Source: Bacteroidales bacterium (GTDB taxonomy: Bacteria > Bacteroidota > Bacteroidia > Bacteroidales > JAOZVK01). Taken from it: a DNA stretch of 43,990 nucleotides. A model generated the notes under the pieces. It saw nothing but the letters and a program-made list of their open reading frames with translations, was not told the DNA's origin and searched no databases. Of the stretch, positions 30,082-38,565 are shown one piece after another. Each line of letters opens with the position of its first letter. The stretch's first letter is position 1. The position numbers and the translations under genes are program-made. The DNA lies in NCBI GenBank assembly GCA_029938185.1, contig JAOZVK010000001.1:1-43990 (forward strand), read 5' to 3'.

Positions 30082-31407
30082 ATGAAGAAAATAATCATAT
30101 ATGTTTTCCTTTTATTTTTCACAATCATAGAAATAAATATAGTTGCACAAAATCAACTAAAAAAACAAACTCCCAAAACTGCCTGTCTAAAAAATATTTC
30201 GATATATAGGGAATTTCAGAAAATAAAGCTATATAACAGAGCTGCTGTTGCTTGGGAAAGTGTTTATACGGAATGTCCTAAAATAAAAAAATATATTTAT
30301 ACTGATGGAGTAAAGATATATAGAAAATTAATTGATAAAGAAAAAAACACAATAAAAAAAGAAAAACTAATAAACAAGTTGTTAGAAATATACGATAATC
30401 GTATAAAGTATTTTGGTGACGAAGGATTTGTAATAGGAAAAAAAGGTTTAGATTTAATAAGATATAGAAAAAAAGATATTGATATTGCATATAAATATCT
30501 TTCTAAATCAATCGAACTAAGAAAGGAAAATGCAGGGGCTGGTGTTGTTTTGGCACATATGCAAATTACAATGAAATTTTATAAGGAGGATAAAAAAAAT
30601 AGTTCCGAAGCAATAAATAATTATATAAATTCATATGATATTATAAGATCACAAATTGTTAAAAATAAGAATAAATTATATATAAAAAAGTTATTAAAAG
30701 TTAAATATAAAATTAATAAATCATTTAAAAGCAGTAATATATATAAAACAAATTTATATAGCGAAATGCTTAAAAATAGATATAAAGAAAACTTTAACGA
30801 TTATAAAAAAATATCATTAATTCAAAATATACTTGAGAGTACAAATAAAATTGAAACAGAATTATACAAAAATGTTTCCTTGCGATTATATGAATACTCC
30901 AAACAAGCTTACTCGTCATACAAAATAGCAAGATATTATATGGTAAATAAAAATTATGTTGAAGCTGTTAAATATCTTGATAAATCAATTGAAACAGAGA
31001 TTAATAGCAAGCGAAAATCTAAATATTATTATGATTTAGCATTAATAAATTTATCTGGCTTAAATAATATTCCCAAAGCAAAAATGCTTGTATCAAAATC
31101 TATCGGCTTAAATAAAAAATATGGAAAAGCATATATTTTACTTGGCGATATATATGTAGCAGCAAGCAGTATATATGGTAATAACAATTTTGAACAAAGG
31201 GCAATGTATTGGTTAGCAGTTGATAAATATAAAATAGCCAAATCAATTGATAAAAAATATACAAAAATTGCTAATAAAAAAATATACCAATACAAGGATT
31301 ATTTTCCTGCCAAAAATGATATATTTTTCAATGGTTATAAAGCTGGTGATAAATATCATATAAAAAGTTGGATAAATGAAACTACCAAAATTAGAGCGAG
31401 AACTTAG
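30082..31407 (+). CDS. secreted helical-repeat (TPR-like) protein, function unknown
   Basis: Signal peptide MKKIIIYVFLLFFTIIEINIVAQ. Helical repeat pattern (YSSYKIARYYMVNKNYVEAVKYLDKSIE..). Confidence 0.65.
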   Translation: MKKIIIYVFLLFFTIIEINIVAQNQLKKQTPKTACLKNISIYREFQKIKLYNRAAVAWESVYTECPKIKKYIYTDGVKIYRKLIDKEKNTIKKEKLINKLLEIYDNRIKYFGDEGFVIGKKGLDLIRYRKKDIDIAYKYLSKSIELRKENAGAGVVLAHMQITMKFYKEDKKNSSEAINNYINSYDIIRSQIVKNKNKLYIKKLLKVKYKINKSFKSSNIYKTNLYSEMLKNRYKENFNDYKKISLIQNILESTNKIETELYKNVSLRLYEYSKQAYSSYKIARYYMVNKNYVEAVKYLDKSIETEINSKRKSKYYYDLALINLSGLNNIPKAKMLVSKSIGLNKKYGKAYILLGDIYVAASSIYGNNNFEQRAMYWLAVDKYKIAKSIDKKYTKIANKKIYQYKDYFPAKNDIFFNGYKAGDKYHIKSWINETTKIRART

Positions 31408-31533
31408 GGCTATCCGCGTAAAGTTGGACAGTGTTGTTTATCAGGTATTTTGTAACAGGATAAAAATCAATCCTGTTAATCCTGTAAATCCTGTCAAAAA
31501 AATAAAATAATGTCCAATACCAAACGTGTAGCC
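31407..31533. repeat. MITE-like element with GGCTAC..TTGGACA terminal inverted repeats (second copy)
   Basis: GGGCTATCCGCGTAAAGTTGGACA...CAATCCTGTTAATCCTGTAAATCCTGTCAAAAAA...TGTCCAATACCAAACGTGTAGCC. It begins on the last base of the TAG stop at 31405-31407. Confidence 0.8.
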
Positions 31534-31679
31534 TAACTTAGCATAGCGAAGCTGCAAAAAAAATTGCTTAATTATTACTTTTAATAAGTCTGATAGTCTT
31601 CAGTCTACAGCAATGAAGACTGAATTTAAGAAAGTTGTATACTTGATTATAAATTGCTTAAACAAACAAAAATAAAATT

Positions 31680-33191
31680 ATGGAAAATCCTTTTGCAGAT
31701 TATGGTTCAATAGTTTTTGGTGACAGATTTATCGGAAGAAAAGAAGAGATAAAGGCTGTTCAAAACAGAATTTTCGGAAAAGCATATGGAAATCTTGCAA
31801 TACAGGGATTACCGAGAATTGGAAAATCAAGTCTTGCGTGGAAAGCAATTCTGGAATATAATGATGAATTTGAAAAAAAACAATTACTTACTATATTGGT
31901 AGAAGTTGGAGAAATAAAAACTACAACTGAATTTTTTAATACAATATTAAGAGAACTTAATAAGACGCTTTCAAAAAAAGGAATAAATGAGTTTAAAGAT
32001 TTGTATACTCAAATTTTACAAAGTCAAAGCCCTACCGAAAAAAGAATGTTAATCAAAGATTATTTTGAATTTATTAAAAATAAAGGCTTTCGAGTAATTT
32101 ATATATTAGATGAATTTGATAGTGTTAGAAATTATTTTGATGCCCACGATTTTCAACTATTAAGAGCATTATCATACAGTCCTAAAACAAAAATATGTAT
32201 TGTAACTATTTCACGACGAAGACTATCCGAAATTGAAGAAAAAGGTGGAGGTGGTTCTAATTTTTATCAAACTTTTAGTGATATTTATCTTGGTATGTAT
32301 AATGACAATGATTTGTCAGAATATTGGGAAAAGTTTTTTAACAGTCGTATTCATATTTCTAAAGAAGGGAAACAAAAGATTTATGAATTTGCAGGTCGGC
32401 ATCCATTTTTATTAGATTTATTCAATTATCATCTTTATAATAATTTAACAGACAACATAATACAATCAATTGACAAAACAAGAGAAAATATAAAATTAAC
32501 TATACTAAACAACTACAAAACTATTTTAGATTTACTGAAAGAAGAAAAATTAGATACAAAGTTATTTCAAATTATTGTTGGTCCAGTTTATAATATTACT
32601 GTCACAGATGCTGAAAAGTTGGAGCGATATAATTTGGTAGTTAAAAGCGAAAGTAAAACAATAGATATAGGAAACAGGACAAAAGGATATGATGCATTCT
32701 CACAGGATTTTGAAAATTTCCTAATAATGAAAAAAAGAGAAATGCCTATTTGGGATTTATGGAGTGAAACCGAAATAAAACTAAGACAAATTGTTTTAAA
32801 ATGGTTAGTTGAAAAATATGGCAGAAACTGGATTCCAAAGTTTAGAAAATTACAAAATAAGGAAAAGCTAATCGCATCGTTTGAAAATATGCAATTACGA
32901 GAAAAAAAGAGCTTTCCTGACACATATTCAGAAAATTTATTAGATTTTACATATCCGGCAGAACTTTTTGATAAGTTTATGCGAGTTGAATGGAAATGGT
33001 TTAAAGAAATATTTGGAAAAGATATGCAACATTGGAAACATAAATTTGAAGTTCTTGCAAGAATACGAAACCCATTAGCTCATAATAAAGAAAACATACT
33101 TAAAGACTTTGAGAAAAATCAAGCAAAAGCATATTGTGAAGAAGTGATTAGTAAGATAGATGCATGGCAAAAAAGACAAGAAATAATATAA
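31680..33191 (+). CDS. P-loop ATPase (archaeal-ATPase/ATPase_2-like) fused to a C-terminal Swt1-type HEPN domain
   Basis: FIGRKEEIKAV.. lead-in. Walker A GLPRIGKSSL. Walker B VIYILDEFDS. C-terminal module ETEIKLRQIVLKWLVEKYGRNW ... LARIRNPLAHNKE, with the Rx4H HEPN motif at 33066-33083. Confidence 0.75.
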   Translation: MENPFADYGSIVFGDRFIGRKEEIKAVQNRIFGKAYGNLAIQGLPRIGKSSLAWKAILEYNDEFEKKQLLTILVEVGEIKTTTEFFNTILRELNKTLSKKGINEFKDLYTQILQSQSPTEKRMLIKDYFEFIKNKGFRVIYILDEFDSVRNYFDAHDFQLLRALSYSPKTKICIVTISRRRLSEIEEKGGGGSNFYQTFSDIYLGMYNDNDLSEYWEKFFNSRIHISKEGKQKIYEFAGRHPFLLDLFNYHLYNNLTDNIIQSIDKTRENIKLTILNNYKTILDLLKEEKLDTKLFQIIVGPVYNITVTDAEKLERYNLVVKSESKTIDIGNRTKGYDAFSQDFENFLIMKKREMPIWDLWSETEIKLRQIVLKWLVEKYGRNWIPKFRKLQNKEKLIASFENMQLREKKSFPDTYSENLLDFTYPAELFDKFMRVEWKWFKEIFGKDMQHWKHKFEVLARIRNPLAHNKENILKDFEKNQAKAYCEEVISKIDAWQKRQEII

Positions 33192-33260
33192 GGTCTTCGA
33201 TTTGTTTATAGTTACTTACGCATGATATATAATTAACTGCAATTCAGAAAATAAGCTCTA
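33192..33260 (+). repeat. GGTCTTCGACC-family element (diverged)
   Basis: GGTCTTCGATTTGTTTATAGTTACTTACGCATGATAT.. starts on the base after the TAA stop at 33189-33191. Confidence 0.6.
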
Positions 33261-33329
33261 TATAAAAATTACAACCTAATTTTATATAGTTAATTTTTGA
33301 AATATGAAACATAACACATTTTTCGATTT

Positions 33330-34187
33330 ATGATAAGCGAACAAAAGAAAGAAAACTGGACTCTTGTAATAAAACCAAAACGTCATTTGTTTGATGTCAA
33401 TCTAAAAGAGCTATGGAAGTACAGAGATTTGATTATACTTTTTGTAAGAAGAGATTTTGTTTCAAAGTACAAGCAAACAATTTTGGGACCTCTATGGTTT
33501 ATAATTCAACCTCTTTTGACAACAATAATGTTTACTGTTGTTTTTGGTCATATTGCTGGAATATCAACTAATGGCTTACCTCAAGTTTTGTTTTATATGT
33601 CGGGGATAGTTAGTTGGAACTATTTTTCTACATGTATTAATTCTACTTCAAATACATTTTTACAAAATGCTCACATATTCGGCAAGGTTTATTTTCCCAG
33701 ACTTACAGTTCCTATTTCGATTGTTATTTCAAATTTAATACAATTTGTTATTCAGTTTGTTTTTCTTTTGTTTTTTATGCTTTATTTTTGGATAAGTGGA
33801 GCTAATTTCACACCCAATATTTATATTCTCCTAATTCCTTTTTTATTAATCTTGATGGCTGGATTAGGACTTGGTTTTGGAATTGTAATATCTTCTTTAA
33901 CAACAAAATATAGAGATTTAACAAATCTTGTTTCGTTTGGAATACAACTTTGGATGTATGCTACTCCAGTTATTTATCCTCTTTCCGAAATACCTGAAAA
34001 ATATAGTTTAATAATAATTGCAAATCCTGTTTCGGCAATAGTTGAAACTTTTAGATATAGTTTGCTTGGAGGTTCCGAACCAAGTTTATATAACCTTCTA
34101 TACAGTTTTGTTTTTATGATTGTAATTCTTAGTATCGGTATTTTAATGTTCAATAGAATTGAGAAAAGTTTTATGGATACTGTTTAG
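33330..34187 (+). CDS. ABC-2 type transporter permease (Wzm/TagG/KpsM-like polysaccharide exporter)
   Basis: ELWKYRDLIILFVRRDFVSKYKQTILGPLWFIIQPLL signature followed by six hydrophobic segments. No cognate ATPase gene follows. Confidence 0.8.
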   Translation: MISEQKKENWTLVIKPKRHLFDVNLKELWKYRDLIILFVRRDFVSKYKQTILGPLWFIIQPLLTTIMFTVVFGHIAGISTNGLPQVLFYMSGIVSWNYFSTCINSTSNTFLQNAHIFGKVYFPRLTVPISIVISNLIQFVIQFVFLLFFMLYFWISGANFTPNIYILLIPFLLILMAGLGLGFGIVISSLTTKYRDLTNLVSFGIQLWMYATPVIYPLSEIPEKYSLIIIANPVSAIVETFRYSLLGGSEPSLYNLLYSFVFMIVILSIGILMFNRIEKSFMDTV

Positions 34188-34255
34188 TGAACGCTTGTTA
34201 TTTTATGATTAAAATAAAGATCAAAAACTTATCTATTTATAAATAAAATAGAAAT

Positions 34256-34678
34256 TTGAAAAAAGAAATGAAAACATTAAAAGACATAGAAAAAAACCTT
34301 TCAGAAAAAGAAAAATATGAACTTACTGAAATAGTAAAACGAATAAAAGCAACTTGTCAGATACGAATGATAATACTTTTTGGTTCGCATGCAAGAGGCG
34401 AACAAGTTGATATTTCGCAATATTCCGAAGGCAAAAAAAGTGATTACGATATTCTGGTTGTTCCAATGTCTTGTACGAAAAAATTACTCAAAAAAGTAAA
34501 ACTATTGCTTAAAAATCTTTTTCATGATATTAACAAAACTGTCAGTTGTTTGGTTGTACCGATTGATAAACTAAACAGTTTATTACTTGAAGGTCAGTAT
34601 TTTTATACAGAAATAAAAAATGAAGGTATTTATCTGTATAAACTGGAAATATTGAATTGGAAAATAGTATTTATATAA
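34256..34678 (+). CDS. minimal nucleotidyltransferase (MNT/MntA-type antitoxin); start TTG 34256 or ATG 34268
   Basis: LFGSHARGEQ ... SDYDILVV (GSxxRG ... DxD pol-beta NTase motif). Confidence 0.75.
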   Translation: MKKEMKTLKDIEKNLSEKEKYELTEIVKRIKATCQIRMIILFGSHARGEQVDISQYSEGKKSDYDILVVPMSCTKKLLKKVKLLLKNLFHDINKTVSCLVVPIDKLNSLLLEGQYFYTEIKNEGIYLYKLEILNWKIVFI

Positions 34679-35121
34679 GTCCAAAACGAGAAAGAGAAAT
34701 TGCTGAAGAATATTATGAATTATGGTTTGGTCAGGCAAATGATTTTATGATGTGTCAGTTCGATGATATTAAAGCTAACAGGATTAGATTAGCAGCTTTT
34801 CATCTACAGCAATGTGCCGAAAGTTGTTATAAATGTGTAGAACTGGTGCTAACACGTTACTGTCCCAAAGAACATCTATTAACGGAGCTGAAAAAGAGAG
34901 TTATAAAACTAAATTCTGAATTTGAAATACCATTTCCAAGCGAAACTTCTGAACAAATTGTGTTGTTTAATCATTTGGATTTTGCCTATACTGGTGCAAG
35001 ATATAATAAAGATTATACAGTAACAATCAAACAATTAGACTATTGGCAAAAAGAAAATAAAAAACTTATGGATATTACTGAAAAAATCTGTACTATGCAT
35101 ATTGAAAAATTGGCTCTCTAA
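34657..35121 (+). CDS. HEPN-domain protein (HepT-type toxin partner of the MNT)
   Basis: Overlaps the NTase ORF by 22 nt. Helical protein with AAFHLQQCAESCYK and DFAYTGARYNKDY, typical of HEPN proteins paired with MNTs. Confidence 0.65.
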   Translation: MENSIYISPKREREIAEEYYELWFGQANDFMMCQFDDIKANRIRLAAFHLQQCAESCYKCVELVLTRYCPKEHLLTELKKRVIKLNSEFEIPFPSETSEQIVLFNHLDFAYTGARYNKDYTVTIKQLDYWQKENKKLMDITEKICTMHIEKLAL

Positions 35122-35224
35122 GCATTTTAATATTTCATACACATAAATATTTTTACAATACTTGATTATAAGTTGATTAAATAGGTCAAAGGCATTATAT
35201 ATAAATTAAAAAAATAAAATTAAT

Positions 35225-36661
35225 ATGAAAAAAGAAAATTTAAAAAATCAGGAAGAAGACAAAACTTTGCTTGAAGGAAGTGAAAATTTGACAGATAAAA
35301 ATAATAATGAAATTGTAGAGGAAGAAAAAAAAACTTTGAAAGACAAGATTATTAATCAAAAAACAGCCTTGCTTGTTGCCGGTGGCGGATTGATTGCAGG
35401 GACTGGATTTGCAGCAGGAACAAAGCAAAATGATGAAATACTTATTGATACCGACAATGACAACATTGCTGATGCTGTTTTGATAGACGAAAACGAAGAT
35501 GGTATTTATAACACTGAAACCGAAATTGAGGAGATAGAGGAAGTTGAGGAAGTTGAAACCGAACCCGAAATTGAAACAAACAGCGAAAACTCAAATAGTC
35601 ATACTTTTAATACAGATACAGCACCTCACACAAGTGAAGGAACGGTTACTGATGATATGTCGTTTTCGGAAGCATTTGGGGCGGCAAGAACTGAGCTTGG
35701 TGCCGGTGGTGTATTTGAGTGGGACGGTCAAGCTTACAGCACTTTTTATGCTGAAGAAGTTGACGAAAACATGAATCCAACAGTTGATTATACAACTACA
35801 AACGACCCTGAATATATTAATAATAACAATTCTGAAAATGATAATGAAAATACCGAAATAAATAACAATACAGATAATGACACAGATATAGATGATAACA
35901 CAGAATTAGAAGATGATACATTTGATGTTGAAAATATAGATGAAATAATTGACAACAGTGTTGTAGATACAGGAACGGTGGAATACGATGGTGAAGTGTC
36001 GAATGATATTCCTGATGATGTTTCTAATACCGAACTTGATAATCACAATAACGAATTTTCCAGTTCAAATGATAATTTTGACGATGAAGGTGGTGATGAC
36101 ATAAATCTAACATTTAACTTTACAAACAATACTGAAAATAACAATACTGAAAATAATAATATTGTAAATAACAATACTGAAAATAATAATATTGTAAATA
36201 ATAATATTGAAAATAATGATATTGAAAATAATGATGTTATAATTATTGATAATGAAAACACTGAAATAAATAATAATACTGTTGAAATTGAAAACACAGA
36301 AATAAACAACAATACTACTGAAAACTCAGATAATAATACAAGTAATGAAACAGATACAGACGATATTGTGGACTTAGATAATGATGTAGAGTTAGATGGT
36401 GATTTAGAAATAGGTGATGGTGCAGAATTAGATGATGATGTAGAGTTAGATGGTGATTTAGGATTAGATGATGATGTAGTTGAAGTTGAAGACATTGATG
36501 AAATAATCGGCAACGGTGTTGTAGATACAGGAACAGTGGAATATGACGGTGAAGTATCAAATGATGTTACTGATGATGTGCCAGATACCGAACTTGATAA
36601 TCACAACGACGACCTTGCAGCTTTAGATGATGATTTTGATGATATGAACGACTGGGCATAA
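35225..36661 (+). CDS. extremely acidic D/E/N-rich repeat protein with one predicted TM segment
   Basis: TM-like TALLVAGGGLIAGTGFAAGT. Conserved-looking block DDMSFSEAFGAARTELGAGGVFEWDGQAYSTFYAEE. A ~47-aa unit is duplicated (..IDEII.N.VVDTGTVEYDGEVSND..D.ELDNHN..) and there are N/E/I microsatellite-like tracts. Confidence 0.7.
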   Translation: MKKENLKNQEEDKTLLEGSENLTDKNNNEIVEEEKKTLKDKIINQKTALLVAGGGLIAGTGFAAGTKQNDEILIDTDNDNIADAVLIDENEDGIYNTETEIEEIEEVEEVETEPEIETNSENSNSHTFNTDTAPHTSEGTVTDDMSFSEAFGAARTELGAGGVFEWDGQAYSTFYAEEVDENMNPTVDYTTTNDPEYINNNNSENDNENTEINNNTDNDTDIDDNTELEDDTFDVENIDEIIDNSVVDTGTVEYDGEVSNDIPDDVSNTELDNHNNEFSSSNDNFDDEGGDDINLTFNFTNNTENNNTENNNIVNNNTENNNIVNNNIENNDIENNDVIIIDNENTEINNNTVEIENTEINNNTTENSDNNTSNETDTDDIVDLDNDVELDGDLEIGDGAELDDDVELDGDLGLDDDVVEVEDIDEIIGNGVVDTGTVEYDGEVSNDVTDDVPDTELDNHNDDLAALDDDFDDMNDWA

Positions 36662-36665
36662 ATTA

Positions 36666-36698
36666 AACTTTGACAAAGTTTAAAACTTTGTCAAAGTT
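36666..36698. repeat. REP-like 33-nt palindrome
   Basis: AACTTTGACAAAGTT-TAA-AACTTTGTCAAAGTT. Confidence 0.9.
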
Positions 36699-36856
36699 GG
36701 AGTTACATAGTTTAACAATGTAAATTTATAACCGTTTGCAATATAATATTACATTATAATGGTCTCATAAATTATTATAGCATTCATAAAGTCTCGGTGT
36801 AGTTAATAAAAAAACTATGCAGTTAAAAAAAGAGCCACACCAAGACATTTCTTACA

Positions 36857-36888
36857 AGTTTGACAAAGTTCAAAACTTTGTCAAACTT
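36857..36888. repeat. REP-like palindrome (slightly degenerate)
   Basis: AGTTTGACAAAGTT-CAAA-ACTTTGTCAAACT. It supplies the spurious TTG start at 36860. Confidence 0.85.
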
Positions 36889-36910
36889 AAATAAACAAAA
36901 TCAAAAAATT

Positions 36911-37414
36911 ATGAAAGTAAAATGTTCAAAATGTGGTAGTATTTTGTTAATTGCCGAAAACAAATTACCAAAAAATAAAAAAAAGGCAATGGTAAAATGT
37001 AAAAAATGTAACCATTCAATTGTATTTACAATTCCTAATGCCGGTGAGCCAGAAGGTGAAAAAACTGAAATTGGCGATGCTAATGAACTAAAAATTCAAA
37101 ATGTAAAACTTATTGAAACAAAAACCGGTAAAGAATATATCTTAAAAATTGGAAAAAATATTATTGGAAGAAAAACAGATATTTCTATTGAGGGAGATAA
37201 ATACATTAGCCGTTTACATTGCCTTGTGGAAATGAAAAAACAAACTTGGGGCATCGAACTCACAATAAGCGATGATGGAACAGAAACAGGAAAGCCGAGC
37301 ACAAATGGAACTTTTTATAAAGATGAAAAAATATCAAAATTTGATAAAATTGTGCTAAAAAATGGTGACAAAATACGTGTAGGACGCACCGATTTAACTG
37401 TAAAATTTTATTAA
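36911..37414 (+). CDS. MJ0042-type zinc-ribbon plus FHA domain protein
   Basis: MKVKCSKCGSILL..VKCKKCNHSIVF zinc ribbon. FHA signature IGRKTDISIEGDKYISRLHC...STNGTFYKDEKI...LKNGDKIRVG. Confidence 0.85.
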   Translation: MKVKCSKCGSILLIAENKLPKNKKKAMVKCKKCNHSIVFTIPNAGEPEGEKTEIGDANELKIQNVKLIETKTGKEYILKIGKNIIGRKTDISIEGDKYISRLHCLVEMKKQTWGIELTISDDGTETGKPSTNGTFYKDEKISKFDKIVLKNGDKIRVGRTDLTVKFY

Positions 37415-37522
37415 GGTCTTCTATCTATTTATAGTTGCTTACGCATTAGTACAAAGACAATTTAATCAGGAAATTATGAATAAGTAAATGTCGAAAAAAT
37501 TTTGTAACAGTACTTAATTGAA
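37415..37522 (+). repeat. GGTCTTCGACC-family element, full-length
   Basis: GGTCTTCTATCTATTTATAGTTGCTTACGCATTAGTACAAAGAC...GTCGAAAAAATTTTGTAACAGTACTTAATTG starts on the base after the TAA stop at 37412-37414. Confidence 0.8.
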
Positions 37523-37533
37523 CAATTAAAATC

Positions 37534-37683
37534 GGGGCTAACAATAGTATCATCTTTACGGATAGCCTACTGTCGGCGTGGCTCAAAGCCACACCGACAG
37601 TTTTAGGACAAGACAGTAAGAGAACAAACAGGTGAAAAACACCTGCCGAGCGCAATGAAGTATTCAACTTTATGTGGGTAGCC
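37534..37683 (-). repeat. composite GC-rich repeat with two hairpins, ending ..AACTTTATGTGGGTAGCC
   Basis: Hairpin CTGTCGGCGTGGC-TCAAA-GCCACACCGACAG (37570-37600). Hairpin CAGGTG-AAAAA-CACCTG. The tail GAGCGCAATGAAGTATTCAACTTTATGTGGGTAGCC recurs at 42148-42205 and 43875-43931. Confidence 0.75.
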
Positions 37684-37733
37684 AAACAGGCTATGCTATT
37701 ATTAACATTGTGAAAACTTTTAAATAATTTAAA

Positions 37734-38495
37734 ATGAATATGAGAAAAATCTTATTAATACTTTTTTTTACTATTTTTTTGCAACAAACTAATGCACAAA
37801 AAAAATATGTTTTAATAGCAGGAGTTGCAGATTATAAAGATGATAGGCTGGATTTGCACTATTGCGACGACGATGCATACCGTTTTTATGCATATATGAA
37901 AAGTACAAAAGGTGGAAGTGTGCAGGACAATAATATTGCTATACTGGTAGACGAGGCTGCAACACGTAAAAATATTTTAATGACTATGCATAAAATTTTT
38001 TCTAAAGCAGGAAAAAATGATATGCTTATTTTTTATTTTTCGGGACATGGCGGAAAAGGCTATTTTTGCCCATACGAAACAAGTAAAAACCCTAAAAGTT
38101 TGTTGTTACACAACGATATAAAAAAAATATTCAAAAAACATCCTGCAAAAAGCAAAATTGTATTTGGTGATGCATGCCATTCGGGTAGTATTTTTGAAGG
38201 TACAAGCCACACTGTACCAAATGGAACCGCTGTAAAAACAAATGTTGTAATATTAATGTCATCAAAATATAGCGAAACCTCACAAGAAAATAAAAAACTC
38301 AGACAAGGTACTTTTTCTTATTATCTTTTGCGTGGATTACAAGGTAAAGCAGATAGAAATAAAGATAAAAACATAACTTTACAAGAACTTTTTCCATATA
38401 TTAAAGCAAATGTTCTTAACTTTACAAAAAATAGGCAAACACCATTTATTGAAGGTAAAGCACCTGCAAATATGATAATTGGTAGATTAAAATAA
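37734..38495 (+). CDS. caspase-like (peptidase C14) protease with N-terminal signal peptide
   Basis: Signal peptide MNMRKILLILFFTIFLQQTNAQ. Catalytic His motif FYFSGHGG and Cys motif GDACHSG in the canonical order. Confidence 0.85.
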   Translation: MNMRKILLILFFTIFLQQTNAQKKYVLIAGVADYKDDRLDLHYCDDDAYRFYAYMKSTKGGSVQDNNIAILVDEAATRKNILMTMHKIFSKAGKNDMLIFYFSGHGGKGYFCPYETSKNPKSLLLHNDIKKIFKKHPAKSKIVFGDACHSGSIFEGTSHTVPNGTAVKTNVVILMSSKYSETSQENKKLRQGTFSYYLLRGLQGKADRNKDKNITLQELFPYIKANVLNFTKNRQTPFIEGKAPANMIIGRLK

Positions 38496-38526
38496 CTTTG
38501 ACAAAGTTCCAAACTTTGTCAAAGTT
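38494..38526. repeat. REP-like 33-nt palindrome overlapping the caspase stop codon
   Basis: AACTTTGACAAAGTT-CCA-AACTTTGTCAAAGTT. Its first two bases are the AA of the TAA at 38493-38495. Confidence 0.9.
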
Positions 38527-38565
38527 AAAAGTTAAAAAGTTGAAAAATCAATAAAAATAAAAATT

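Noticed and set aside
36043-36560. Minus-strand ORFs 36043-36513 and 36315-36560.
   Set aside because: They are antisense to the acidic repeat protein. Their S/L/H-rich low-complexity products arise from GAT/AAT repeats.
37446-37685. Minus-strand 79-aa ORF.
   Set aside because: It is composed entirely of dispersed-repeat sequence (the GGTCTTCGACC element plus the GC-rich hairpin repeat).
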